This document shows positions 27,677 through 36,709 of a stretch of 64,000 nucleotides of DNA, piece by piece. This stretch comes from Candidatus Eiseniibacteriota bacterium. Lineage in GTDB: Bacteria; Eisenbacteria; RBG-16-71-46. The first letter of the stretch is position 1. Every line of letters begins with the position of its first letter. Where the stretch lies: NCBI GenBank assembly GCA_031366795.1, contig JANLOX010000245.1, positions 1,691-65,690 on the forward strand, read 5' to 3'. The notes under the pieces were generated by a model, which saw nothing but the letters and a program-made list of their open reading frames with translations, was not told the origin of the DNA and made no database searches. A program made the translations under genes and the position numbers.

Positions 27677-30126
27677 TGGGTTCCTGGAGCTCCGCCGTGG
27701 GGTCAGCCGCGGATGCGGTGACTGCAGGTTCCGTGCTGCTGTTCCTCCTGCGCGTGACGATTGTCGCCGCGACCGGGCGCCTGCTGCTGGCCCTGTTGCC
27801 GAAGGCCTCAGCCGCGTCGCGCCACTTGGTCGCCACCGTGACGCTGGCGGCACTCGTGGCTTTGCCCATCGTGATGGCGGTGGTTCCCGCCTGGAAGTTG
27901 CCGATGCTTCCCCAGCGGGAGTCGTTCCGCGTTGCGGCTCCCGCCTTGTCGGTGACGACCGCGGAGACATTCGTTCGTCGCACCTACGATGAGGTGGATG
28001 GCGATGTTCCGTTCGCTGCCGCAACACCGCGTTCCACCCCTGCCGCGCCTCGTGCGGCGCTTCCCAGCGCAACGCCCCGCTCGCCCGCGATTCCCATGAC
28101 GTGGCCACTGGCGTTGACCCTCGTGGTGATTGGCGCCTCCGAGCTGATGCTGTTGCGCTGCGCGTTGTCGCTGGCGGCGGCTGCATGGTTCGCGCGCTGC
28201 GCGGACGACGTGACGGAGCCCGGGTTGATCGAGGCATTCGATGCGGCTCGCGGCCAGCTCAATGTAGGGCGCAACGTCAACCTGCGTATCACCTCGCGCG
28301 TTTCGGTTCCCGTCGTCGCGGGAGTATTCCATCCGACGCTGCTGCTGCCCCCCGAAGCGCGCGCCTGGAGTCGTGAGCGCCTGGACGTCGTGTTCCTCCA
28401 CGAGTTGGCTCACGTCCAGCGGCTCGACACCTTATCGCTGGTGGTGGCGCGCCTGGCCGGTGGACTCTATTGGTTCCATCCCATCGTTCGCGGGCTGGCG
28501 CTCGAGGCGCGACGCGATTGCGAACAGGCGTGTGACGATCGCGTGCTGGCGAGCGGGATCCGCGCTTCAGTCTATGCAGAGCATTTGCTGACCATCGCCC
28601 GCACAGCCGCGGTCCGCGATCCGTTGGGCACTGCGGTGCTGGCGATCGCGCGGCCGTCCAACCTCGAACAACGCCTGTCATCGATCCTGAGCTTGGGCGT
28701 TGAACGCGCCCCTGCCTCACGCGGCGCCGTCGCGCTCGCCGCGCTACTCGGTGCGCTGCTGCTGCTGCCGCTGGCCTCGGTACATGTCACCGCGGCGCCC
28801 GCTCACGCTGCGAGCAAGACTGACACGCTCGTTTGGCGCTCGAACCGCGTGGCGCCCGTCGCGCCGGTGGCATCACGCCGGCCTGCCCCGGCTTTGCGCG
28901 CGCTCGCACCACCGGCAGCTCCCGCAGCCCCTTCGGCGCCTGGCATCCCGGCTCCCGTGGGTAATTCATGGAGCAGCTCGTCAAACTCCGGGGGGGACAA
29001 CTACCCGGACCGTTCCGGACGCGATTGGTATTCACGCGCGCGCCGTAACTACGAGCGCGACCATTACGCCGAGTCGGGCGACCAGTACGAACGCGCGGCT
29101 CGCGCCGGCTACAACATCGAAACGGCGTTCTACGATGCCGCCTGCTCCTACTCCCTGGCGCACCAGACCGAACGCGCCTTCTCGGCGCTGCGTGACGCGG
29201 CCAATGCGGGTTGGGACGATGCGGACCAGATGAACTCGGACGATGACTTCGACTTCATCCGCCATGACCACCGCTTCAAGGAGATCGTCGAGGAGGTGCG
29301 TCACGCCGATCCCGATGAGGCGGATCGCAAGTCTGCGAGCGCAGAATTAAAGGCGCTGCGCTCGCAGCGCTCGAGCGACGCCAATGACTGGGGCAGCAGC
29401 GGCGTGTCCCTGATGCACTCGGGCGACCCGGCGAAGGCCGTGACTGCATTCGAGACCCAGATCAAGATCAGGCCAACGGCGAACGCGCTGTACAACCTGG
29501 CGTGCGCCCATGCGCTCAATGGCGACCACCGTGCGGCGTATGAGGCGCTGGAGCGTTCAATCGCCGCCGGATTCAGCAGCCCGGAGCACATGCGCAAGGA
29601 TGATGACCTCGAAGCCCTGCAGGGTGAGAAGCGCTTCGATGAACTCGTACGCATGACGGAGATGCTCGAGTTGAACGACGAGCACCTGAGCGACAACGAG
29701 CCGGCCGGCTGGAGCAAGACGCTGCCCCGCTACCAGCGGGTGTCGCAGCAATATCCCAACGTGGGCAGGGCGTGGTTCAACCTCGGCTATGCGCAACTTC
29801 GCGCGCGCCGGTTCGAGGACAGCCGCGCGTCGTTCGAACGGGGGCTGGAACTCGGCTACCGCCGCGGCACCTCGATGTACGACTTGGCCTGCGTCTCGGC
29901 GCAACTGCGCGAGCCGAGCGAAGCGGTGAAATGGCTGCAGCGCGCGAAGGCCGAAGGCATGGAGCTCGCCCTCTATCTCGCGACCGATCGCGACCTCGAC
30001 CCCATTCGCTCGGATTCCGGTTTCCGTGAATTCAAGCGCAGCGTTGGGGACGAAACCTTCGAGCGGGGACGCCGGACACTGAAGCAGAAGCTCGACAAGC
30101 TGGGACGCGCGCTCGACGATATGTAG
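27676..30126 (+). CDS. BlaR1-like M56 family membrane peptidase/sensor with C-terminal TPR domain (no penicillin-binding domain)
   Basis: TM helices; VVFLHELAHVQRLD (HExxH). Ala/Pro-rich linker, then >=4 TPR-like repeats. Confidence 0.8.
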   Translation: MGSWSSAVGSAADAVTAGSVLLFLLRVTIVAATGRLLLALLPKASAASRHLVATVTLAALVALPIVMAVVPAWKLPMLPQRESFRVAAPALSVTTAETFVRRTYDEVDGDVPFAAATPRSTPAAPRAALPSATPRSPAIPMTWPLALTLVVIGASELMLLRCALSLAAAAWFARCADDVTEPGLIEAFDAARGQLNVGRNVNLRITSRVSVPVVAGVFHPTLLLPPEARAWSRERLDVVFLHELAHVQRLDTLSLVVARLAGGLYWFHPIVRGLALEARRDCEQACDDRVLASGIRASVYAEHLLTIARTAAVRDPLGTAVLAIARPSNLEQRLSSILSLGVERAPASRGAVALAALLGALLLLPLASVHVTAAPAHAASKTDTLVWRSNRVAPVAPVASRRPAPALRALAPPAAPAAPSAPGIPAPVGNSWSSSSNSGGDNYPDRSGRDWYSRARRNYERDHYAESGDQYERAARAGYNIETAFYDAACSYSLAHQTERAFSALRDAANAGWDDADQMNSDDDFDFIRHDHRFKEIVEEVRHADPDEADRKSASAELKALRSQRSSDANDWGSSGVSLMHSGDPAKAVTAFETQIKIRPTANALYNLACAHALNGDHRAAYEALERSIAAGFSSPEHMRKDDDLEALQGEKRFDELVRMTEMLELNDEHLSDNEPAGWSKTLPRYQRVSQQYPNVGRAWFNLGYAQLRARRFEDSRASFERGLELGYRRGTSMYDLACVSAQLREPSEAVKWLQRAKAEGMELALYLATDRDLDPIRSDSGFREFKRSVGDETFERGRRTLKQKLDKLGRALDDM

Positions 30127-30365
30127 CCGGTGGAGCACGGCGGCGATCCCGCTGCCACGCCCGCCCTCCAAGTGCCCGGAACCGTAGCTGGACGCGAGAC
30201 GGGTCGTCGCGCGCCGGAGCGGCACGCAATCGCAGGGCCGCGAGGCGCCGGGATTGCATCCGGGCACTTTGAGTTGCTGTCTTGCGCGGGCAGACGTCCC
30301 TCCTGCCCTGTGATAGTGGCCCTCAAGTGCCAGGGAGTCGTCGCTTCGGGTATCATTGGGGCCAC

Positions 30366-30764
30366 ATGAAGACCCTCAGCACGGAAGAGGCGGCCCGGCT
30401 GCTGCAGCTCAACGTAAAAGCGGTCCAACGCAGGGCCAGGGCGGGAACGCTCCCGGCGGTGCGGGTCGGCCGCAAGTGGCTGTTTCACGAGGACCAACTG
30501 CAGCGCCTGCTCGGCCGCGCCACAAATGACGCCTCGGCTCCGGTGCTCGAACTGAGCGCCCGCAACCGGCTCAAGGGAACCATCACGCGACTCCACGTCG
30601 ATGGCCTGATGGCGGAGGTCCTGTTGCGCATCGGCGACCAGGAACTGGTGGCGATCATCACGCGCTCTTCATGCGAGCGGATGGGTCTCGAGGTGGGCGC
30701 CGAAGTGTTCGCCGTCATCAAGTCCACCGAAGTGATGATCGGGCGGCTGGGGCGCGACGCGTGA
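30366..30764 (+). CDS. HTH (excisionase/MerR-like) + TOBE (molybdate-binding Mop) domain regulator
   Basis: HTH: LLQLNVKAVQRRARAGTLPAVRVGRKWLF. TOBE: NRLKGTITRLHVDGLMAEVLLRIGDQELVAIIT...VFAVIKSTEVMIG. Confidence 0.7.
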   Translation: MKTLSTEEAARLLQLNVKAVQRRARAGTLPAVRVGRKWLFHEDQLQRLLGRATNDASAPVLELSARNRLKGTITRLHVDGLMAEVLLRIGDQELVAIITRSSCERMGLEVGAEVFAVIKSTEVMIGRLGRDA

Positions 30765-30810
30765 CGCCTCGGGCGTTGAGCGCATCGCGATGAGATTGCG
30801 GGCGACCGCT

Positions 30811-30848
30811 GGCGCGGGACGCGCGGGACGCGCGGGATGCGCGGGACG
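30811..30848 (+). repeat. tandem 9-bp repeat (cgcgggacg x4, one variant) between the TOBE gene and modB
   Basis: gcgcgggacg cgcgggacgc gcgggatgcg cgggacgcga read directly from the sequence. Confidence 0.5.
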
Positions 30849-30864
30849 CGACGCCTCGAGCTGG

Positions 30865-31662
30865 ATGGTGCTGTCGGTGTGCGCCAGCGGACTGTTGCTC
30901 GTGTTCCTGGGGCTGCCCTTTGTCAGCCTGCTGTTGCGCGCCTCACCCTCACAACTGCTTGAGCATCTCACCCACCCCACGGTCTTGTCGGCCCTGCGTT
31001 TGAGTCTTGTGACCGCAGCGAGTTCGACGCTGTTGACCGTGGTGTTCGGCACCCCGCTCGCCTGGCTGCTGGCCACACGCGAGTTCCGGGGCAAACGTGT
31101 CATCGAAACGCTGGTCGACCTGCCGATGGTCCTGCCACCCACCGTGGCGGGCTTCGCCTTGCTCCTGGCTTTTGGCCGCATGGGGCTGGCGGGACGCGCG
31201 CTCGATGCAGTGGGCATCCACCTGCCCTTCACGACACTGGGAGTGGTGGCGGCCCAGTTGTTCATGTCCGTGCCCTTCTACGTGTCCCCCGCGCGCGCGG
31301 GGTTCGCCGCGGTGGACCGCCGCTACCTCGATGCGGCGGCAACGCTCGGCGCTTCGGAAACCTTCCGCTTCACCCGCGTGGTGCTGCCGCTCGCGCGTCC
31401 CGCGCTGATTGCCGGCATCGCCATGGCGACGGCGCGCGCCTTGGGCGAGTTCGGCGCCACCATCATGTTCGCCGGCAACCTCCCCGGCACGACGCAGACC
31501 ATGCCGCTCGCGGTCTATGTCGCGATGAATTCCGATCTCGATACCGCCATCGTGCTTGCCATCCTGCTGTTGGTGATGTCGTTCACCCTGTTGCTGGGTC
31601 TACGCGCCTCGCCTTCGACCTTCCTGTGGAACCGCGGCCGTGCTGCAAGTCCAGCTTCGTAA
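30865..31662 (+). CDS. modB: molybdate ABC transporter permease
   Basis: Aligns with E. coli ModB from the first TM onward (LPPTVAGFALLLAFGRMG...ARALGEFGATIMFAGNLPG). Alternative start at 30790 would read through the tandem repeat. Confidence 0.8.
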   Translation: MVLSVCASGLLLVFLGLPFVSLLLRASPSQLLEHLTHPTVLSALRLSLVTAASSTLLTVVFGTPLAWLLATREFRGKRVIETLVDLPMVLPPTVAGFALLLAFGRMGLAGRALDAVGIHLPFTTLGVVAAQLFMSVPFYVSPARAGFAAVDRRYLDAAATLGASETFRFTRVVLPLARPALIAGIAMATARALGEFGATIMFAGNLPGTTQTMPLAVYVAMNSDLDTAIVLAILLLVMSFTLLLGLRASPSTFLWNRGRAASPAS

Positions 31663-32713
31663 GCGGCTGGGCGCGTTCGAGCTCGAGGCGAGCTTCGAGG
31701 CCGCCCTGCCCGGCACGCTCGTGCTGGTCGGTGAGAGCGGCTCGGGCAAGTCCACACTGCTGAAGTTGCTGGCGGGATTGCAGGAACCCGACGCCGGTTT
31801 CATTCGGCTGGACGGGACCGCCGCGGTCGATGTGGCGAGCGGAGCGTGGCAACCGGCGCGCCTGCGACGGATCGGCTACGTCGCCCAGGACTACGCGCTG
31901 TTTCCCCACCTGCGTGTGCGCGACAATGTCGCATTCGGCCTGCGCGCCACGGGCGTGCTGCGCTACGAGGTGGCGGCGCGCGTGGAGCGCACGCTCGGCC
32001 GCCTGGGGCTCGCGGCGCTGGCCTCGCGGTGGCCGCACGAATTGTCCGGGGGCCAGCAGCAACGCGTGGCGTTGGCGCGGGCACTGGTGATCGAGCCGCG
32101 GTTATTGCTGCTCGATGAACCCCTCGCGGCGCTCGACCAGCGGACCCGCCGCGAAGTGCGGCGCGAGTTGCGCGTGCTGATGAGCGAACTGCCGTGTCTC
32201 ACGATCCTCGTCACGCACAGCCCGGCGGATGCCGTGGCGCTCGGGGAGCAGATCGTCGTGCTCGAGGGCGGGCGCATCACGCAGGCCGGCTCGCGCCAGG
32301 ACATGCTGCAGCGGCCACGCACGCCTTACGTGGCGGAGTTCCTCGGCACCAATTTGTTCGCGGCACGGGTCGTCCCGGGAGCCGTCGGGGCGCCGGTGCG
32401 GCTGGACGTCGATGGCGCCGAACTCGCGGTCGCCGATGGCGCGGAAGTGGGCGACGTCATGGCGGTCGTGGATCCGCGCGACATCACCCTGTCGCGCGAG
32501 CGGCCCTCGGGCAGCGCCCAGAATGTGCTGCCCGGCGCTGTCATCGAGTTGACGCCCGAGCCGCCGAGCGGCGATCGCGTGCGCGTTGCGCTGGCGACGC
32601 GACCACCGCTGGTGGCCGAGATCACCCATGCCGCCGCCGAGCGGCTGGGACTGGCGCCGGGCGTGCCGGTGTTCGCTTCGTTCAAGGCGACCGGCGTGCG
32701 CGTGTTCCGCTAG
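31640..32713 (+). CDS. modC: molybdate ABC transporter ATP-binding protein with C-terminal TOBE domain
   Basis: Walker A GESGSGKST, LSGGQQQRVALARAL, Walker B LLLDEP. C-terminal Mop/TOBE segment. Confidence 0.85.
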   Translation: MLQVQLRKRLGAFELEASFEAALPGTLVLVGESGSGKSTLLKLLAGLQEPDAGFIRLDGTAAVDVASGAWQPARLRRIGYVAQDYALFPHLRVRDNVAFGLRATGVLRYEVAARVERTLGRLGLAALASRWPHELSGGQQQRVALARALVIEPRLLLLDEPLAALDQRTRREVRRELRVLMSELPCLTILVTHSPADAVALGEQIVVLEGGRITQAGSRQDMLQRPRTPYVAEFLGTNLFAARVVPGAVGAPVRLDVDGAELAVADGAEVGDVMAVVDPRDITLSRERPSGSAQNVLPGAVIELTPEPPSGDRVRVALATRPPLVAEITHAAAERLGLAPGVPVFASFKATGVRVFR

Positions 32714-32730
32714 CCAGTCGCCCCTCCGCC

Positions 32731-33303
32731 TCAGCGGTGTGTCGAGTCCGCGGCAGCTGGCGCTGCCGCGGGTGCCGCGGCTTCGGTCTGGACTTTGAGC
32801 TGGGCCAATCCCTTCTCGAAGTCCTTGCCCACTGCCTGGTCCATGCTCATGAACAGGCTGATGGCCTTGGTCGTGAAGCTCTGGTCACCGTCCATCGACC
32901 AGGTGACCTGGGTGCCGTTCGGCGCGGGCAGGAATGCGAAGGTGGCGACACTCGTGCTGGCGAACGGCTTGATGAAGTCGAGCTTGATCGCGATGTTCTG
33001 GTTGGGCACAGATTCCAGGATGGTCATCTGGCCTTCGCCGACATCCTTGTTGCCCACCCAATGATAGATCGCGCCCTTGCCGGAGTCCGTTCCGCTGTAG
33101 GCCACGGTCATGCGTGGATCGATCTTTCCCCACGGTGACCAAGCTTGCCAGTGATGGAAGTCGTTCACCAACGCGAACGCCGGGGCCGCCGGGCCGGCGA
33201 GAGTCGTGGAGCGCTCGACGTGGTAGGTGTTGGGGCGCGTGAAGATGAACACCAGCAATGCCGCAATGATGACGAAGAACACGGGTAGCAATCGCTTCAG
33301 CAT
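32731..33303 (-). CDS. SRPBCC (polyketide cyclase/dehydrase-like) family protein with N-terminal membrane anchor
   Basis: N-terminal TM helix; SRPBCC-like beta-rich body; Ala/Pro-rich tail. Confidence 0.55.
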   Translation of the reverse strand: MLKRLLPVFFVIIAALLVFIFTRPNTYHVERSTTLAGPAAPAFALVNDFHHWQAWSPWGKIDPRMTVAYSGTDSGKGAIYHWVGNKDVGEGQMTILESVPNQNIAIKLDFIKPFASTSVATFAFLPAPNGTQVTWSMDGDQSFTTKAISLFMSMDQAVGKDFEKGLAQLKVQTEAAAPAAAPAAADSTHR

Positions 33304-33477
33304 GGAACCCTCCTAGAGCGTTGCGCGGCAGGCGCAACGGCGGCGGACTCTAGCGGATTGCGGGGTGGGGTTCCTATTCGAATCTCAAGGCTTCGATCGG
33401 GTTCAGCGAAGCCGCGCGCCGCGCGAACCACACGCGGCAGCATCCTGCAAGCTGCCCGGCCGATGCATCCCGAAGGG

Positions 33478-33630
33478 TTTACGGGGTTTGCCTCTCGCAC
33501 CACGCTGTTGTTCCTGCCCATCGCCGGTCTCGCCTCGCTGTTCGCGGGTCTCGTCGTGGTGCGCTTGCTGGTGCGGCGCCTGCGTGGCATCACCCACGAG
33601 TTGGCGACGCCGTTGAGCTCGATTCGGGCG
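33478..33630 (+). pseudogene. histidine kinase fragment (TM helix + HisKA H-box, then truncated)
   Basis: LLFLPIAGLASLFAGLVVVRLLVRRLRGITHELATPLSSIR inside ORF 33358..33753. No dimerisation-helix continuation and no ATPase domain follow. Confidence 0.3.
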
Positions 33631-33648
33631 GGTGGTGCTCGGTGGCTG

Positions 33649-33999
33649 CTAGAGCACCCACTCCATCTCGTCGTTGCGCGGCTGGAAACCGTGAGCGCGG
33701 TACACATTCATGCTGTAGCCCTCGCGGGTGCGCGGGTTCCGTGGGCTCGGTAGCCGCGGGTAGTCGAGCAGGATGGCGGAGGCACACGCAGCGCCATCGG
33801 GGGAGAATGCAAGCCACGCGCTGGCCCCGGCAGAACTCATCATCGACCCGAGCTGTATGCTGCAAGCCGTTGCAAACGTATTCGTTGCGAAACCTTCTGG
33901 AAGCTCTCCCAGCTCTGTGAACAGCGCGATCCGCGCGGCGGTCAGCGCCTCGAGATCCGTGAGCGTCGCACGCCGGATCACCAGCTCGGGTTCCGCCAT
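33649..33999 (-). CDS. GNAT-like acetyltransferase, short/possibly truncated (acetyl-CoA-binding motif A missing)
   Basis: LVIRRATLTDLEAL...AWLAFSPDGAACASAILL...EGYSMNVY, then directly ...AHGFQP. About 116 aa from ATG 33999. Confidence 0.35.
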   Translation of the reverse strand: MAEPELVIRRATLTDLEALTAARIALFTELGELPEGFATNTFATACSIQLGSMMSSAGASAWLAFSPDGAACASAILLDYPRLPSPRNPRTREGYSMNVYRAHGFQPRNDEMEWVL

Positions 34000-34024
34000 G
34001 AGCGCGTGCCGACCCCAGCGCCCT

Positions 34025-36709
34025 CTAGCGTTCGACGACCCAGCGGCGCACGCGGCGGCCCGCAGGGGTGTCAAGTCGCACGAGGTAAACGCCGGGTTGC
34101 GTAACTCCCCCCCGCGCCATCGTCCAGTTGGCGGAGTGGCGCCCTGCGGCCATCATCCCCTCGGCGAGGCGCGCCACTTCGCGTCCCTGCAAGTCGACGA
34201 CGGTGAGCCGCACGTTCGCCTCGCGCGGCAAAGTGAAGAACACGCGAGCCGCGCGCGACACCGGGTTGGGGGCCAGCGGCTCGATGGCGAAATCCCTTCC
34301 CCTCCCATTCGGCGCCGAGAGGACGCCGTGGATGGTGAAGGCCGACGTGCTGTGATCCGTTCCGGTGAAACCATCCGCGTCGTGAACCGTGGCGCGAACC
34401 ACCGCGGAGTCCGTCCCGGCGCCCGCGACCGTCCAAGCGTATAGACCGGTGTTCGGGACTCCCATGGCGATCGCTTCGTAGGGCCCACCGAGCCCAGTGC
34501 GCGACAACTCGATATCGACGGTCGCCGTAGGGACGCTGTCGGAGACGGCCCACGTGATGTTCGCGCTCGTCCCCACCGTCATGGTCTCGCCGCCATTGGG
34601 AGCGGTAAGGTCGATCACCGGGATGAAATCCGCCTCGAGGTAAATGGGGCCATCGACGGTCACGGTCAAGGGATTCGCCGTGGACGACTGGTCACCCGCC
34701 CACGCGCTAAATGCGTAGCCGGGTCTTGGATTCGCCGTCAGCGTCACGTTCGAGAAGTAATCATACAGCGGCAGGTCGGGCTGGCGCGCGATGGTGCCAT
34801 GTACCACCGGCACGGCAGCCACCGCAAACTGGTCGGAGGCGAAGTGAGCCACCACCGCGGCGCTCGCATTGAGGACGAGCGAAGCGGGGTTCGTGATGCC
34901 GGTGAGGGCACCGCTCCAGCCGGTGAAGTGCGCGGCGCCATTCGCCGTGGCCGTCAGTGTCACGCTCGTACCCGGTGCGTATTCCACCTGGTTGGGCGTC
35001 CACGCGACCGCACCCGGGCCGTCGATCGTCACCGAGAGCGTGTAGAGGCTGACGACGAATGTCGCGGAGATGGTGTGCGCCGCCAACACATTCGAGAACG
35101 TGTAGCTGGAGAGCGCTCCCACCGCGACGCCGTCCACCGTGAGGCCGGCGATGCGAAAGCCCGCATCGGCGGTGATCGCGAACGACTGGCTTACGGCATA
35201 GGGGACCATTACTGCTCCCGCAGGCGATATCTGCCCGTGCGTCCCGGCGCTCGCGGTGATCGTGTACATCCGCACCCCGAAACTTGCGTCGAGCGTGTGA
35301 TTCGTTAGCACATTGACGAACGTGTAGCTGGCGACGGCCCCGACGGAGAGCCCATCGACCAGCACATTCGCGACCTGGAAACCGGTGAAGGCGCTGAGCG
35401 TGTAGAGCTGGGCGGCGCCCTGGCTCACCGCCGTGATCCCGCTCGGCGCAACGGAACCGCCGGAGCCAGCAGTAGAAGTGATATGCCACTTGCTCACGGT
35501 AAAATTGGCATTGCCGGCATCTGCCGCCGAATTATTCGCCCCATCGCGCGCGGTGGCGCGAATACGGAACGCGGTGCCTTCGGCGGTGTTGACGGTCCAA
35601 GCGTAGGAGCCGGTGTTGGCGAGATTGCCCGCGAGGGCCGTCGGGTACGTGGCGCCGCCATCCAACGACAGGCTCAAGTCGATGAGCACGCCGCCGGCAT
35701 TGTCACTGGCGGTCCAGGTGATGGAGTGCGTCGAACCGGCCTTCCAGTCCTCCCCGCCATTCGGTGAGGTCAGCGTGATCACCGGGGGAATCGTGTCCAG
35801 CACGGTGACTTTCCGCGTGGCCCACAACGTGCCATTCAAGATCAGCGTGCTGTCGGTGGCTTCCTCCCAGCCGTTGAAGATACTGGAGTTGCCGGGCTGC
35901 GCGGTGCCGTCATCCACCGGGGAGCTATCGCCGATGAACAGTACACGGCCGGAGCCATAGACCGACGATGCCACCATGGCATTGGTCGTGCTGCCCTTCG
36001 CTGTACCCGTCATCCACACCTCCCCGCGAACGCTGGGGTTGGCCGCCGGGTAGAGTGTCATCGTCGTGCCGTTGTGGAAAGCGAAGCTGCCCACGGTGCC
36101 GTAGGCGCCGGCGATGATCGAATCACCGAAGGTGATGTTCAGGTTCGAGGACGTCTCGACGATGTTGTTGTTCGCATCGGTCGAGATGCCGAAGTGAACG
36201 CCCAATAGATGCGTCGGGTCCAGCGCGTTCCAGGCGATCGGGGAATCCACGCCATCGCTGTTGCGATCCGATCCCGAGTGGTCGCTGATCGCCACGAGCC
36301 CGCCGCCGTCGCGCACGAAATTGAGGATCGCCGTGGCCTCGGCGGCGCTGAAGGATGAATTCGGCTCGTCGACGATCAGCACGTCGTAGTTCGAAAGGTC
36401 GTAAGGGTTCGAGGTGTTCTGGTAAGTGAGCGCGCTGGTGTTCGTCGCGACGGTGTAGCCGAGTTTGACGAGGTTGATCCCGTACGTCGATATCGCGCCG
36501 AGCCAGTAATTGTCGGGAGTGCTCGCGGTGATCGCCGACTGCGTAGGCACGGGAATCGGCTGCTCGGTGTCGATGATCCAGTCGGCGTTGCCGGCGGTCT
36601 GGGCGTGAAAATTGTCGAACAACGCGCGCTTGGCGGCGGCGGCCGGAAGGGCGAACAGGATGAACGACAGCACAAGCACTGGCAGGCTGTGGAAGAACTT
36701 CCGGGGCAT
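34025..36709 (-). CDS. secreted multidomain protein: N-terminal unknown domain + PNGGE-type Ig-like domains + InlB B-repeat-like domains + T9SS-type C-terminal sorting domain
   Basis: Signal peptide. LTSPNGGEDWKAGSTHSITW and LTAPNGGETMTVGTSANITW. Repeated ~70-aa YTL(S/T)...GxGxV units. Tail APNPVSRAARVFFTLP...GVYLVRLDTPAG. Confidence 0.7.
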   Translation of the reverse strand: MPRKFFHSLPVLVLSFILFALPAAAAKRALFDNFHAQTAGNADWIIDTEQPIPVPTQSAITASTPDNYWLGAISTYGINLVKLGYTVATNTSALTYQNTSNPYDLSNYDVLIVDEPNSSFSAAEATAILNFVRDGGGLVAISDHSGSDRNSDGVDSPIAWNALDPTHLLGVHFGISTDANNNIVETSSNLNITFGDSIIAGAYGTVGSFAFHNGTTMTLYPAANPSVRGEVWMTGTAKGSTTNAMVASSVYGSGRVLFIGDSSPVDDGTAQPGNSSIFNGWEEATDSTLILNGTLWATRKVTVLDTIPPVITLTSPNGGEDWKAGSTHSITWTASDNAGGVLIDLSLSLDGGATYPTALAGNLANTGSYAWTVNTAEGTAFRIRATARDGANNSAADAGNANFTVSKWHITSTAGSGGSVAPSGITAVSQGAAQLYTLSAFTGFQVANVLVDGLSVGAVASYTFVNVLTNHTLDASFGVRMYTITASAGTHGQISPAGAVMVPYAVSQSFAITADAGFRIAGLTVDGVAVGALSSYTFSNVLAAHTISATFVVSLYTLSVTIDGPGAVAWTPNQVEYAPGTSVTLTATANGAAHFTGWSGALTGITNPASLVLNASAAVVAHFASDQFAVAAVPVVHGTIARQPDLPLYDYFSNVTLTANPRPGYAFSAWAGDQSSTANPLTVTVDGPIYLEADFIPVIDLTAPNGGETMTVGTSANITWAVSDSVPTATVDIELSRTGLGGPYEAIAMGVPNTGLYAWTVAGAGTDSAVVRATVHDADGFTGTDHSTSAFTIHGVLSAPNGRGRDFAIEPLAPNPVSRAARVFFTLPREANVRLTVVDLQGREVARLAEGMMAAGRHSANWTMARGGVTQPGVYLVRLDTPAGRRVRRWVVER

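Noticed and set aside
32751-32768. Hairpin cggcagc-tggc-gctgccg after modC
   Set aside because: It lies inside the C-terminal coding region of the convergent SRPBCC gene (stop ~32731) and has no T-tract, so it is not called as a terminator.
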